From Eledone cirrhosa (lineage: Eukaryota), in the NCBI GenBank assembly GCA_964016885.1, contig OZ024744.1, forward strand, positions 130,014,001 to 130,078,000: DNA of 64,000 nt, given 5' to 3'. Made by a program: the position numbers and the translations under genes. Every line of letters starts with the position of its first letter. Position 1 is the stretch's first letter. This document shows positions 1 through 13,512 of this stretch, one piece after another. Under the pieces are notes generated by a model that saw only the letters and a program-made list of their open reading frames with translations, was not told the DNA's origin and did no database searches.

Positions 1-3000
1 GTTAAGTTAAGTTGGGGTTATGTTAAGTTGGGGTTAAGTTAAGTTGGGGTTAAGTTAAGTTGGGGTTAAGTTAAGTTGCGGTTAAGTTAAGTTGGGGTTA
101 AATTAAGTTGGGGTTAAGTTAAGTTGGGATTAAGTTAAGTTGGGGTTAAGTTAGATTGTTGTTAAGTTAAGTTGGGGTTAAGTTAAGTTGGGGTTAATTT
201 AAGTTGGGGTTAATTTAAGTTGGGTCTCAATTAAGTTGGGGTTAAGTTAAGTTGGGGTTAAGTTAAGTTGGGGTTAAGTTAAGTTGGGGTTAAATTAAGT
301 TGGGGTTAAGTTAAGTTGGGGTTAAGTTAAGTTGGGGTTAAGTTAAGTTGGGTTTACGTTAAGTTGGGGGTAAGTTAAGTTGGTGGTAAGTTAAGTTGGG
401 GGATAGTTAAGATGGGGTTAAGTTAAGTTGGGGTTAATTTAATTTGGGGTTAAGTTAAGTTAGGGTTAAGTTAAGTTGTGGTTGAGTTAAGTCGGGGTTC
501 AGTTAAGTTGGGGTTATGTTAAGTTGGGGTTAAGTTAAGTTGGGGTTAAGTTAAGTTGGGGTTCAATTAAGTTGCGGGTAATTTAAGTTGGGGTTAAGTT
601 AAGTTGGGGGTACGTTAAGTTGGGGGTAAGTTAAGTTGGGGTTAAGTTAAGTTGGGGTTAAGTTAAGTCGGGGTAAATTTAAGTTGCGGTTAAGTTAAGT
701 TGGGGTTAAGTTAAGTTGGGGTTAAGTTAAGTTGGGATTAAGTTAAGTTGGGGTTAAGTTAAGTTGGGGTTGAGTTAAGTTGGGGTTAAGTTAGATTGTT
801 GTTAAGTTATTTTGGGGTTAAGTTAAGTTGGGGTTAAGTTAAGTTGGGGTTAATTTAAGTTGGGGTTAAGTTAAGTGGGGGTTAAGTTGAGTTGGGGTTA
901 AGTTAAGTTAGGGTTAAGTTAAGTTGGGGTTAAGTTAAGTTGGGGTTAAGATAAGTTGGGGTTAAGTTAAGTTGGGGTTGAGTTAAGTTCGGGTTGAGTT
1001 AATTTGGTGTTAACTTAAGTTGGGGTTAAGTTAAGTTGGGATTAAGTTAATTGGGGTTAAGTTAAGTTGGGGTTAAATTAAGTTCGGGTTAAGTTAAGTT
1101 CGGGTTAAGTTAACTTGGGGTTAAGTTAAGTTGGGGTTAAGTTAAGTTGGGGTTAAGTTAGGTTGGGGTTAAGTTATGTTGGGGGTAAGTTAAGTTGGGG
1201 GTAAGTTAAGTTGGGGGTAAGTTAAGTTGGGTCTAATTAAGTTGGGGTTAAGTTAAGTTGGGGTTAAGTTAAGTTGGGGGTAAGATAAGTTGGGGTTAGT
1301 TAAGTTGCGGTTAAGTTAAGTTGGGGTTAAGTTAAGTTGGGGTTAAGTTAAGTTGGGGTAAAGTTAAGTTGGGGGTAAGTTAAGTTGGGGGTAAGTTAAG
1401 TTGGGGGTAAGTTAAGTTGGGGTTAATTTAAGTTAGGTCTAATTAAGTTGGGGTTAAGTTAAGTTGGGGTTAAATTAAGTTGGGGTTAAGTTAAGTTGGG
1501 GTTAAGTTAAGTTGGGGTTAAGTTAAGTTGCGGTTAAGTTAAGTTGAGGTTAAGTTAAGTAGGGGTTAAATTATGTTGGGGTTAAGTTAAGTTCGGGTTA
1601 AGTTAAGTTGGGGTTAAGTTGAGTTGGGGATAAGTTAAGTTGGGGATAAGTTAAGTTGGGGTTAAGTTAAGTTGGGTTTAAGATAAGTTTGGGTTAAGTT
1701 AAGTTGGGGTTAAGTTAAGTTGGGGTTAAGTTAAGTTGGGGTTAAGTTAAGTTGGTTAGTTAAGTTGAGTTTAAGTTAAGTTGGGGTTAATTTAAGTTGG
1801 GGTTAAGTTAAGTTGGGGTTAAGTTAAGTTGGGGTTAAGTTAAGTTGGGGTTAAGTTAAGTTGCGGTTAAGTTAAGTTGAGGTTAAGTTAAGTTGGGGTT
1901 AAGTTAAGTTGGGGTTAAGTTAAGTTGGGGCTAAGTTAAGTTGGGGCTAAGTTAAGTTGGGGCTAAGTTAAGTTGGGGTTAATTTAACTTTGGGTTATGT
2001 TAATTTGGGTTTGAGTTAAGTTGGGGTTAATTAAGTTGGGGTTAAGTTAAGTTGGGGTTAAGTTAAGTTGGGGTTAAGTTAAGTTGGGGTTAAGTTAAGT
2101 TGCGGTTAAGTTAAGTTGATGTTAAGTTAAGTTGATGTTAAGTTAAGTTGGGGTTAAGTTAAGTCGGGGTTAAGTTAAGGTGGGGTTAAGTTAAGTTGGG
2201 GTCAACTAAAGTTGGGGTTAAGTTAAGTTGGGGTTAACTTAAGTTGGGGTTAAGTTAAGTTGGGGTTAAGTTGGGGTTAAATTAAGTTGGGGTTAAGTTA
2301 AGTTGGGGTTAAATTAAGTTCGGGTTAAGTTAAGTTCGGGTTAAGTTAACTTGGGGTTAAGTTAAGTTGGGGTTAAGTTAAGTTGGGGTTAAGTTAGGTT
2401 GGGGTTAAGTTATGTTGGGGGTAAGTTAAGTTGGGGGTAAGTTAAGTTGGGGGTAAGTTAAGTTGGGTCTAATTAAGTTGGGGTTAAGTTAAGTTGGGGT
2501 TAAGTTAAGTTGGGGTTAAGTTAAGTTGGGGTTAAGTTAAGTTGGGGTTAGGTTAAGTTGGGGCTAAGTTAAGTTGGGGTTAAGTTAAGTTGGGGTTACG
2601 TTAAGTTGGGGGTAAGTTAAGTTGGTGGTAAGTTAAGTTGGGGGTAAGTTAAGATGGGGTTAAGTTAAGTTGGGGTTAATTTAATTTGGGGTTAAGTTAA
2701 GTTGGGGTTAAGTTAAGTTGGGGTTAAGTTAAGTTGGAGTTAAGTTAAGTTGGGGGTAAGTTAAGCTGGGGTTAAGTTAAGTTGGGGTTAAGATAAGTTG
2801 GGGTTAAGTTAAGTTGGGGTTGAGCTAAGTTGGGGTTGAGTTAATTTGGGGTTAAGTTAAGTTGGGGTTAAGTTAAGTTGGGTTTAAGTTAAGTTGGGGT
2901 TAAGTTAAGTTGGGGTTAAATTAAGTTGGGGTTAAGCTAAGTTGGGGTTAAGTTAAATTGAGGTTAAGTTAAGTTGGGGTTAATTTAAGTTGGGGTTAAG

Positions 3001-6000
3001 CTAAGTTGGGGTTAAGTTAAATTGAGGTTAAGTTAAGTTGGGGTTAAGTTAAGTTGGGGATAATTTAAGTTGGGGCTAAGTAAAGTTGGGGCTAAGTTAA
3101 GTGGGGGTTAAGTTAAGTTAGGGTTGAGTTAAGTTGGGGTTAAGTTAACTTTGGGTTAAGTTAAGTTGGGTTTGAGTTAAGTTGGGGTTAATTAAGTTGG
3201 GGTTAAGTTAAGTTGGGGTTAAGTTAAGTTGCGGTTAAGTTAAGTTGAGGTTAAGTTAAGTTGGGGTTAAGTGAAGTTGGGGTTAAGTTAAGTTGGGGCT
3301 AAGTTAAGTTGGGGTTAAGTTAAGTTGGGGTTAAGTTAAGGTGGGGTTTAGTTAAGTTGGGGTCAACTAAAGTTGGGGCTAAGTTAAGTTGGGGTTCACT
3401 TAAGTTGGGGTTAAGTTAAGTTGGGGTTAAGTTAGATTGTTGTTAAGTTAAGTTGGGGTTAAGTTAAGTTGGGGTTAATTTAAGTTGGGGTTAATTTAAG
3501 TTGGGTCTAATTAAGTTGGGGTTAAGTTAAGTTGGGGTTAAGTTAAGTTGGGGTTAAGTTAAGTTGGGGTTAAGTTAAGTTGGGTCTACGTTAAGTTGGG
3601 GGTAAGTTAAGTTGGTGGTAAGTTAAGTTGGGGGATAGTTAAGATGGGGTTAAGTTAAGTTGGGGTTAATTTAATTTGGGGTTAAGTTAAGTTAGGGTTA
3701 AGTTAAGTTGGGGTTGAGTTAAGTCGGGGTTCAGTTAAGTTGGGGTTATGTTATGTTGGGGTTAAGTTAAGTTGGGGTTAAGTTAAGTTGGGGTTATGTT
3801 AAGTTGGGGTTAAGTTAAGTTGGGGTTAAGTTAAGTTGGGGTTAAGTTAAGTTGCGGTTAAGTTAAGTTGGGGTTAAATTAAGTTGGGGTTAAGTTAAGT
3901 TGGGATTAAGTTAAGTTGGGGTTAAGTTAGATTGTTGTTAAGTTAAGTTGGGGTTAAGTTAAGTTGGGGTTAATTTAAGTTGGGGTTAATTTAAGTTGGG
4001 TCTAATTAAGTTGGGGTTAAGTTAAGTTGGGGTTAAGTTAAGTTGGGGTTAAGTTAAGTTGGGGTTAAATTAAGTTGGGGTTAAGTTAAGTTGGGGTTAA
4101 GTTAAGTTGGGGTTAAGTTAAGTTGGGTTTACGTTAAGTTGGGGGTAAGTTAAGTTGGTGGTAAGTTAAGTTGGGGGATAGTTAAGATGGGGTTAAGTTA
4201 AGTTGGGGTTAATTTAATTTGGGGTTAAGTTAAGTTAGGGTTAAGTTAAGTTGGGGTTGAGTTAAGTCGGGGTTCAGTTAAGTTGGGGTTATGTTAAGTT
4301 GGGGTTAAGTTAAGTTGGGGTTAAGTTAAGTTGGGGTTCAATTAAGTTGCGGGTAATTTAAGTTGGGGTTAAGTTAAGTTGGGGGTACGTTAAGTTGGGG
4401 GTAAGTTAAGTTGGGGTTAAGTTAAGTTGGGGTTAAGTTAAGTCGGGGTAAATTTAAGTTGCGGTTAAGTTAAGTTGGGGTTAAGTTAAGTTGGGGTTAA
4501 GTTAAGTTGGGATTAAGTTAAGTTGGGGTTAAGTTAAGTTGGGGTTGAGTTAAGTTGGGGTTAAGTTAGATTGTTGTTAAGTTATTTTGGGGTTAAGTTA
4601 AGTTGGGGTTAAGTTAAGTTGGGGTTAATTTAAGTTGGGGTTAAGTTAAGTGGGGGTTAAGTTGAGTTGGGGTTAAGTTAAGTTAGGGTTAAGTTAAGTT
4701 GGGGTTAAGTTAAGTTGGGGTTAAGATAAGTTGGGGTTAAGTTAAGTTGGGGTTGAGTTAAGTTCGGGTTGAGTTAATTTGGTGTTAACTTAAGTTGGGG
4801 TTAAGTTAAGTTGGGATTAAGTTAATTGGGGTTAAGTTAAGTTGGGGTTAAATTAAGTTCGGGTTAAGTTAAGTTCGGGTTAAGTTAACTTGGGGTTAAG
4901 TTAAGTTGGGGTTAAGTTAAGTTGGGGTTAAGTTAGGTTGGGGTTAAGTTATGTTGGGGGTAAGTTAAGTTGGGGGTAAGTTAAGTTGGGGGTAAGTTAA
5001 GTTGGGTCTAATTAAGTTGGGGTTAAGTTAAGTTGGGGTTAAGTTAAGTTGGGGGTAAGATAAGTTGGGGTTAGTTAAGTTGCGGTTAAGTTAAGTTGGG
5101 GTTAAGTTAAGTTGGGGTTAAGTTAAGTTGGGGTAAAGTTAAGTTGGGGGTAAGTTAAGTTGGGGGTAAGTTAAGTTGGGGGTAAGTTAAGTTGGGGTTA
5201 ATTTAAGTTAGGTCTAATTAAGTTGGGGTTAAATTAAGTTGGGGTTAAATTAAGTTGGGGTTAAGTTAAGTTGGGGTTAAGTTAAGTTGGGGTTAAGTTA
5301 AGTTGCGGTTAAGTTAAGTTGAGGTTAAGTTAAGTAGGGGTTAAATTATGTTGGGGTTAAGTTAAGTTCGGGTTAAGTTAAGTTGGGGTTAAGTTGAGTT
5401 GGGGATAAGTTAAGTTGGGGATAAGTTAAGTTGGGGTTAAGTTAAGTTGGGTTTAAGATAAGTTTGGGTTAAGTTAAGTTGGGGTTAAGTTAAGTTGGGG
5501 TTAAGTTAAGTTGGGGCTAAGTTAAGTTGGGGCTAAGTTAAGTTGGGGCTAAGTTAAGTTGGGGTTAAGTTAACTTTGGGTTATGTTAATTTGGGTTTGA
5601 GTTAAGTTGGGGTTAATTAAGTTGGGGTTAAGTTAAGTTGGGGTTAAGTTAAGTTGGGGTTAAGTTAAGTTGGGGTTAAGTTAAGTTGCGGTTAAGTTAA
5701 GTTGATGTTAAGTTAAGTTGATGTTAAGTTAAGTTGGGGTTAAGTTAAGTCGGGGTTAAGTTAAGGTGGGGTTAAGTTAAGTTGGGGTCAACTAAAGTTG
5801 GGGTTAAGTTAAGTTGGGGTTAACTTAAGTTGGGGTTAAGTTAAGTTGGGGTTAAGTTGGGGTTAAATTAAGTTGGGGTTAAGTTAAGTTGGGGTTAAAT
5901 TAAGTTCGGGTTAAGTTAAGTTCGGGTTAAGTTAACTTGGGGTTAAGTTAAGTTGGGGTTAAGTTAAGTTGGGGTTAAGTTAGGTTGGGGTTAAGTTATG

Positions 6001-9000
6001 TTGGGGGTAAGTTAAGTTGGGGGTAAGTTAAGTTGGGGGTAAGTTAAGTTGGGTCTAATTAAGTTGGGGTTAAGTTAAGTTGGGGTTAAGTTAAGTTGGG
6101 GTTAAGTTAAGTTGGGGTTAAGTTAAGTTGGGGTTAGGTTAAGTTGGGGCTAAGTTAAGTTGGGGTTAAGTTAAGTTGGGGTTACGTTAAGTTGGGGGTA
6201 AGTTAAGTTGGTGGTAAGTTAAGTTGGGGGTAAGTTAAGATGGGGTTAAGTTAAGTTGGGGTTAATTTAATTTGGGGTTAAGTTAAGTTGGGGTTAAGTT
6301 AAGTTGGGGTTAAGTTAAGTTGGAGTTAAGTTAAGTTGGGGGTAAGTTAAGCTGGGGTTAAGTTAAGTTGGGGTTAAGATAAGTTGGGGTTAAGTTAAGT
6401 TGGGGTTGAGCTAAGTTGGGGTTGAGTTAATTTGGGGTTAAGTTAAGTTGGGGTTAAGTTAAGTTGGGTTTAAGTTAAGTTGGGGTTAAGTTAAGTTGGG
6501 GTTAAATTAAGTTGGGGTTAAGCTAAGTTGGGGTTAAGTTAAATTGAGGTTAAGTTAAGTTGGGGTTAATTTAAGTTGGGGTTAAGCTAAGTTGGGGTTA
6601 AGTTAAATTGAGGTTAAGTTAAGTTGGGGTTAAGTTAAGTTGGGGATAATTTAAGTTGGGGCTAAGTAAAGTTGGGGCTAAGTTAAGTGGGGGTTAAGTT
6701 AAGTTAGGGTTGAGTTAAGTTGGGGTTAAGTTAACTTTGGGTTAAGTTAAGTTGGGTTTGAGTTAAGTTGGGGTTAATTAAGTTGGGGTTAAGTTAAGTT
6801 GGGGTTAAGTTAAGTTGCGGTTAAGTTAAGTTGAGGTTAAGTTAAGTTGGGGTTAAGTTAAGTTGGGGTTAAGTTAAGGTGGGGTTTAGTTAAGTTGGGG
6901 TCAACTAAAGTTGGGGCTAAGTTAAGTTGGGGTTCACTTAAGTTGGGGTTAAGTTAAGTTGGGGTTAAGTTAGATTGTTGTTAAGTTAAGTTGGGGTTAA
7001 GTTAAGTTGGGGTTAATTTAAGTTGGGGTTAATTTAAGTTGGGTCTAATTAAGTTGGGGTTAAGTTAAGTTGGGGTTAAGTTAAGTTGGGGTTAAGTTAA
7101 GTTGGGGTTAAGTTAGGTTGGGGTTAAGTCATGTTGGGGGTAAGTTAAGTTGGGGGTAAGTTAAGTTGGGGGTAAGTTAAGTTGGGTCTAATTAAGTTGG
7201 GGTTAAGTTAAGTTGGGGTTAAGTTAAGTTGGGGGTAAGATAAGTTGGGGTTAGTTAAGTTGCGGTTAAGTTAAGTTGGGGTTAAGTTAAGTTGGGGTTA
7301 AGTTAAGTTGGGGTAAAGTTAAGTTGGGGGTAAGTTAAGTTGGGGGTAAGTTAAGTTGGGGGTAAGTTAAGTTGGGGTTAATTTAAGTTAGGTCTAATTA
7401 AGTTGGGGTTAAGTTAAGTTGGGGTTAAATTAAGTTGGGGTTAAGTTAAGTTGGGGTTAAGTTAAGTTGGGGTTAAGTTAAGTTGCGGTTAAGTTAAGTT
7501 GAGGTTAAGTTAAGTAGGGGTTAAATTATGTTGGGGTTAAGTTAAGTTCGGGTTAAGTTAAGTTGGGGTTAAGTTGAGTTGGGGATAAGTTAAGTTGGGG
7601 TTAAGTTAAGTTGGGTTTAAGATAAGTTTGGGTTAAGTTAAGTTGGGGTTAAGTTAAGTTGGGGTTAAGTTAAGTTGGGGTTAAGTTAAGTTGGTTAGTT
7701 AAGTTGAGTTTAAGTTAAGTTGGGGTTAATTTAAGTTGGGGTTAAGTTAAGTTGGGGTTAAGTTAAGTTGGGGTTAAGTTAAGTTGGGGTTAAGTTAAGT
7801 TGCGGTTAAGTTAAGTTGAGGTTAAGTTAAGTTGGGGTTAAGTTAAGTTGGGGTTAAGTTAAGTTGGGGCTAAGTTAAGTTGGGGCTAAGTTAAGTTGGG
7901 GCTAAGTTAAGTTGGGGTTAAGTTAACTTTGGGTTATGTTAATTTGGGTTTGAGTTAAGTTGGGGTTAATTAAGTTGGGGTTAAGTTAAGTTGGGGTTAA
8001 GTTAAGTTGGGGTTAAGTTAAGTTGGGGTTAAGTTAAGTTGATGTTAAGTTAAGTTGATGTTAAGTTAAGTTGGGGTTAAGTTAAGTCGGGGTTAAGTTA
8101 AGGTGGGGTTAAGTTAAGTTGGGGTCAACTAAAGTTGGGGTTAAGTTAAGTTGGGGTTAACTTAAGTTGGGGTTAAGTTAAGTTGGGGTTAAGTTGGGGT
8201 TAAATGAAGTTGGGGTTAAGTTAAGTTGGGGTTAAATTAAGTTCGGGTTAAGTTAAGTTCGGGTTAAGTTAACTTGGGGTTAAGTTAAGTTGGGGTTAAG
8301 TTAAGTTGGGGTTAAGTTAGGTTGGGGTTAAGTTATGTTGGGGGTAAGTTAAGTTGGGGGTAAGTTAAGTTGGGGGTAAGTTAAGTTGGGTCTAATTAAG
8401 TTGGGGTTAAGTTAAGTTGGGGTTAAGTTAAGTTGGGGTTAAGTTAAGTTGGGGTTAAGTTAAGTTGGGGTTAGGTTAAGTTGGGGCTAAGTTAAGTTGG
8501 GGTTAAGTTAAGTTGGGGTTACGTTAAGTTGGGGGTAAGTTAAGTTGGTGGTAAGTCAAGTTGGGGGTAAGTTAAGATGGGGTTAAGTTAAGTTGGGGTT
8601 AATTTAATTTGGGGTTAAGTTAAGTTGGGGTTAAGTTAAGTTGGGGTTAAGTTAAGTTGGAGTTAAGTTAAGTTGGGGGTAAGTTAAGCTGGGGTTAAGT
8701 TAAGTTGGGGTTAAGATAAGTTGGGGTTAAGTTAAGTTGGGGTTGAGCTAAGTTGGGGTTGAGTTAATTTGGGGTTAAGTTAAGTTGGGGTTAAGTTAAG
8801 TTGGGTTTAAGTTAAGTTGGGGTTAAGTTAAGTTGGGGTTAAATTAAGTTGGGGTTAAGCTAAGTTGGGGTTAAGTTAAATTGAGGTTAAGTTAAGTTGG
8901 GGTTAATTTAAGTTGGGGTTAAGCTAAGTTGGGGTTAAGTTAAATTGAGGTTAAGTTAAGTTGGGGTTAAGTTAAGTTGGGGATAATTTAAGTTGGGGCT

Positions 9001-12000
9001 AAGTAAAGTTGGGGCTAAGTTAAGTGGGGGTTAAGTTAAGTTAGGGTTGAGTTAAGTTGGGGTTAAGTTAACTTTGGGTTAAGTTAAGTTGGGTTTGAGT
9101 TAAGTTGGGGTTAATTAAGTTGGGGTTAAGTTAAGTTGGGGTTAAGTTAAGTTGCGGTTAAGTTAAGTTGAGGTTAAGTTAAGTTGGGGTTAAGTGAAGT
9201 TGGGGTTAAGTTAAGTTGGGGCTAAGTTAAGTTGGGGTTAAGTTAAGTTGGGGTTAAGTTAAGGTGGGGTTTAGTTAAGTTGGGGTCAACTAAAGTTGGG
9301 GCTAAGTTAAGTTGGGGTTCACTTAAGTTGGGGTTAAGTTAAGTTGGGGTTAAGTTAGATTGTTGTTAAGTTAAGTTGGGGTTAAGTTAAGGTGGGGTTT
9401 AGTTAAGTTGGGGTCAACTAAAGTTGGGGCTAAGTTAAGTTGGGGTTAACTTAAGTTGGGGTTAAGTTAAGTTGGGGTTAAGTTGGGGTTAAATTAAGTT
9501 GGGGTTAAGTTAAGTTGGGGTTAAGTTAAATGGGGTTAAGTTAAGTTTCGGGTAATTTAAGTTGGGGTTAAGTTAAGTTGGGGTTAAGTTAAGTTGGGGG
9601 TAAGTTAAGTTGGGGGTAAGTTAAGTTGGGGGTAAGTTAAGTTGGGGTTAAGTTAAGTTGGGGTTAAGTTAAGTTGGGGTTAAGTTAAGTTAGGGTTAAG
9701 TTAAGTTGGGGTTGAGTTAAGTTGGGGTTAAGTTAAGTTGGGGTTATGTTAAGTTGGGGTTAAGTTAAGTTGGGGTTAAGTTAAGTTGGGGTTAAGTTAA
9801 GTTGCGGTTAAGTTAAGTTGGGGTTAAATTAAGTTGGGGTTAAGTTAAGTTGGGATTAAGTTAAGTTGGGGTTAAGTTAGATTGTTGTTAAGTTAAGTTG
9901 GGGTTAAGTTAAGTTGGGGTTAATTTAAGTTGGGGTTAATTTAAGTTGGGTCTAATTAAGTTGGGGTTAAGTTAAGTTGGGGTTAAGTTAAGTTGGGGTT
10001 AAGTTAAGTTGGGGTTAAATTAAGTTGGGGTTAAGTTAAGTTGGGGTTAAGTTAAGTTGGGGTTAAGTTAAGTTGGGTTTACGTTAAGTTGGGGGTAAGT
10101 TAAGTTGGTGGTAAGTTAAGTTGGGGGATAGTTAAGATGGGGTTAAGTTAAGTTGGGGTTAATTTAATTTGGGGTTAAGTTAAGTTAGGGTTAAGTTAAG
10201 TTGTGGTTGAGTTAAGTCGGGGTTCAGTTAAGTTGGGGTTATGTTAAGTTGGGGTTAAGTTAAGTTGGGGTTAAGTTAAGTTGGGGTTCAATTAAGTTGC
10301 GGGTAATTTAAGTTGGGGTTAAGTTAAGTTGGGGGTACGTTAAGTTGGGGGTAAGTTAAGTTGGGGTTAAGTTAAGTTGGGGTTAAGTTAAGTCGGGGTA
10401 AATTTAAGTTGCGGTTAAGTTAAGTTGGGGTTAAGTTAAGTTGGGGTTAAGTTAAGTTGGGATTAAGTTAAGTTGGGGTTAAGTTAAGTTGGGCTTGAGT
10501 TAAGTTGGGGTTAAGTTAGATTGTTGTTAAGTTATTTTGGGGTTAAGTTAAGTTGGGGTTAAGTTAAGTTGGGGTTAATTTAAGTTGGGGTTAAGTTAAG
10601 TGGGGGTTAAGTTGAGTTGGGGTTAAGTTAAGTTAGGGTTAAGTTAAGTTGGGGTTAAGTTAAGTTGGGGTTAAGATAAGTTGGGGTTAAGTTAAGTTGG
10701 GGTTGAGTTAAGTTCGGGTTGAGTTAATTTGGTGTTAACTTAAGTTGGGGTTAAGTTAAGTTGGGATTAAGTTAATTGGGGTTAAGTTAAGTTGGGGTTA
10801 AATTAAGTTCGGGTTAAGTTAAGTTCGGGTTAAGTTAACTTGGGGTTAAGTTAAGTTGGGGTTAAGTTAAGTTGGGGTTAAGTTAGGTTGGGGTTAAGTT
10901 ATGTTGGGGGTAAGTTAAGTTGGGGGTAAGTTAAGTTGGGGGTAAGTTAAGTTGGGTCTAATTAAGTTGGGGTTAAGTTAAGTTGGGGTTAAGTTAAGTT
11001 GGGGGTAAGATAAGTTGGGGTTAGTTAAGTTGCGGTTAAGTTAAGTTGGGGTTAAGTTAAGTTGGGGTTAAGTTAAGTTGGGGTAAAGTTAAGTTGGGGG
11101 TAAGTTAAGTTGGGGGTAAGTTAAGTTGGGGGTAAGTTAAGTTGGGGTTAATTTAAGTTAGGTCTAATTAAGTTGGGGTTAAGTTAAGTTGGGGTTAAAT
11201 TAAGTTGGGGTTAAGTTAAGTTGGGGTTAAGTTAAGTTGGGGTTAAGTTAAGTTGCGGTTAAGTTAAGTTGAGGTTAAGTTAAGTAGGGGTTAAATTATG
11301 TTGGGGTTAAGTTAAGTTCGGGTTAAGTTAAGTTGGGGTTAAGTTGAGTTGGGGATAAGTTAAGTTGGGGATAAGTTAAGTTGGGGTTAAGTTAAGTTGG
11401 GTTTAAGATAAGTTTGGGTTAAGTTAAGTTGGGGTTAAGTTAAGTTGGGGTTAAGTTAAGTTGGGGTTAAGTTAAGTTGGTTAGTTAAGTTGAGTTTAAG
11501 TTAAGTTGGGGTTAATTTAAGTTGGGGTTAAGTTAAGTTGGGGTTAAGTTAAGTTGGGGTTAAGTTAAGTTGGGGTTAAGTTAAGTTGCGGTTAAGTTAA
11601 GTTGAGGTTAAGTTAAGTTGGGGTTAAGTTAAGTTGGGGTTAAGTTAAGTTGGGGCTAAGTTAAGTTGGGGCTAAGTTAAGTTGGGGCTAAGTTAACTTT
11701 GGGTTATGTTAATTTGGGTTTGAGTTAAGTTGGGGTTAATTAAGTTGGGGTTAAGTTAAGTTGGGGTTAAGTTAAGTTGGGGTTAAGTTAAGTTGGGGTT
11801 AAGTTAAGTTGCGGTTAAGTTAAGTTGATGTTAAGTTAAGTTGATGTTAAGTTAAGTTGGGGTTAAGTTAAGTCGGGGTTAAGTTAAGGTGGGGTTAAGT
11901 TAAGTTGGGGTCAACTAAAGTTGGGGTTAAGTTAAGTTGGGGTTAACTTAAGTTGGGGTTAAGTTAAGTTGGGGTTAAGTTGGGGTTAAATTAAGTTGGG

Positions 12001-13512
12001 GTTAAGTTAAGTTGGGGTTAAATTAAGTTCGGGTTAAGTTAAGTTCGGGTTAAGTTAACTTGGGGTTAAGTTAAGTTGGGGTTAAGTTAAGTTGGGGTTA
12101 AGTTAGGTTGGGGTTAAGTTATGTTGGGGGTAAGTTAAGTTGGGGGTAAGTTAAGTTGGGGGTAAGTTAAGTTGGGTCTAATTAAGTTGGGGTTAAGTTA
12201 AGTTGGGGTTAAGTTAAGTTGGGGTTAAGTTAAGTTGGGGTTAAGTTAAGTTGGGGTTAGGTTAAGTTGGGGCTAAGTTAAGTTGGGGTTAAGTTAAGTT
12301 GGGGTTACGTTAAGTTGGGGGTAAGTTAAGTTGGTGGTAAGTTAAGTTGGGGGTAAGTTAAGATGGGGTTAAGTTAAGTTGGGGTTAATTTAATTTGGGG
12401 TTAAGTTAAGTTGGGGTTAAGTTAAGTTGGGGTTAAGTTAAGTTGGAGTTAAGTTAAGTTGGGGGTAAGTTAAGCTGGGGTTAAGTTAAGTTGGGGTTAA
12501 GATAAGTTGGGGTTAAGTTAAGTTGGGGTTGAGCTAAGTTGGGGTTGAGTTAATTTGGGGTTAAGTTAAGTTGGGGTTAAGTTAAGTTGGGTTTAAGTTA
12601 AGTTGGGGTTAAGTTAAGTTGGGGTTAAATTAAGTTGGGGTTAAGCTAAGTTGGGGTTAAGTTAAATTGAGGTTAAGTTAAGTTGGGGTTAATTTAAGTT
12701 GGGGTTAAGCTAAGTTGGGGTTAAGTTAAATTGAGGTTAAGTTAAGTTGGGGTTAAGTTAAGTTGGGGATAATTTAAGTTGGGGCTAAGTAAAGTTGGGG
12801 CTAAGTTAAGTGGGGGTTAAGTTAAGTTAGGGTTGAGTTAAGTTGGGGTTAAGTTAACTTTGGGTTAAGTTAAGTTGGGTTTGAGTTAAGTTGGGGTTAA
12901 TTAAGTTGGGGTTAAGTTAAGTTGGGGTTAAGTTAAGTTGCGGTTAAGTTAAGTTGAGGTTAAGTTAAGTTGGGGTTAAGTGAAGTTGGGGTTAAGTTAA
13001 GTTGGGGCTAAGTTAAGTTGGGGTTAAGTTAAGTTGGGGTTAAGTTAAGGTGGGGTTTAGTTAAGTTGGGGTCAACTAAAGTTGGGGCTAAGTTAAGTTG
13101 GGGTTCACTTAAGTTGGGGTTAAGTTAAGTTGGGGTTAAGTTAGATTGTTGTTAAGTTAAGTTGGGGTTAAGTTAAGGTGGGGTTTAGTTAAGTTGGGGT
13201 CAACTAAAGTTGGGGCTAAGTTAAGTTGGGGTTAACTTAAGTTGGGGTTAAGTTAAGTTGGGGTTAAGTTGGGGTTAAATTAAGTTGGGGTTAAGTTAAG
13301 TTGGGGTTAAGTTAAATGGGGTTAAGTTAAGTTTCGGGTAATTTAAGTTGGGGTTAAGTTAAGTTGGGGTTAAGTTAAGTTGGGGGTAAGTGAAGTTGGG
13401 GGTAAGTTAAGTTGGGGGTAAGTTAAGTTGGGGTTAAGTTAAGTTGGGGTTAAGTTAAGTTGGGGTTAAGTTAAGTTAGGGTTAAGTTAAGTTGGGGTTG
13501 AGTTAAGTTGGG

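Noticed and set aside
460-465. Vertebrate-type TTAGGG telomere motif
   Set aside because: It is an isolated single G>A variant of TTGGGG and is never tandem.
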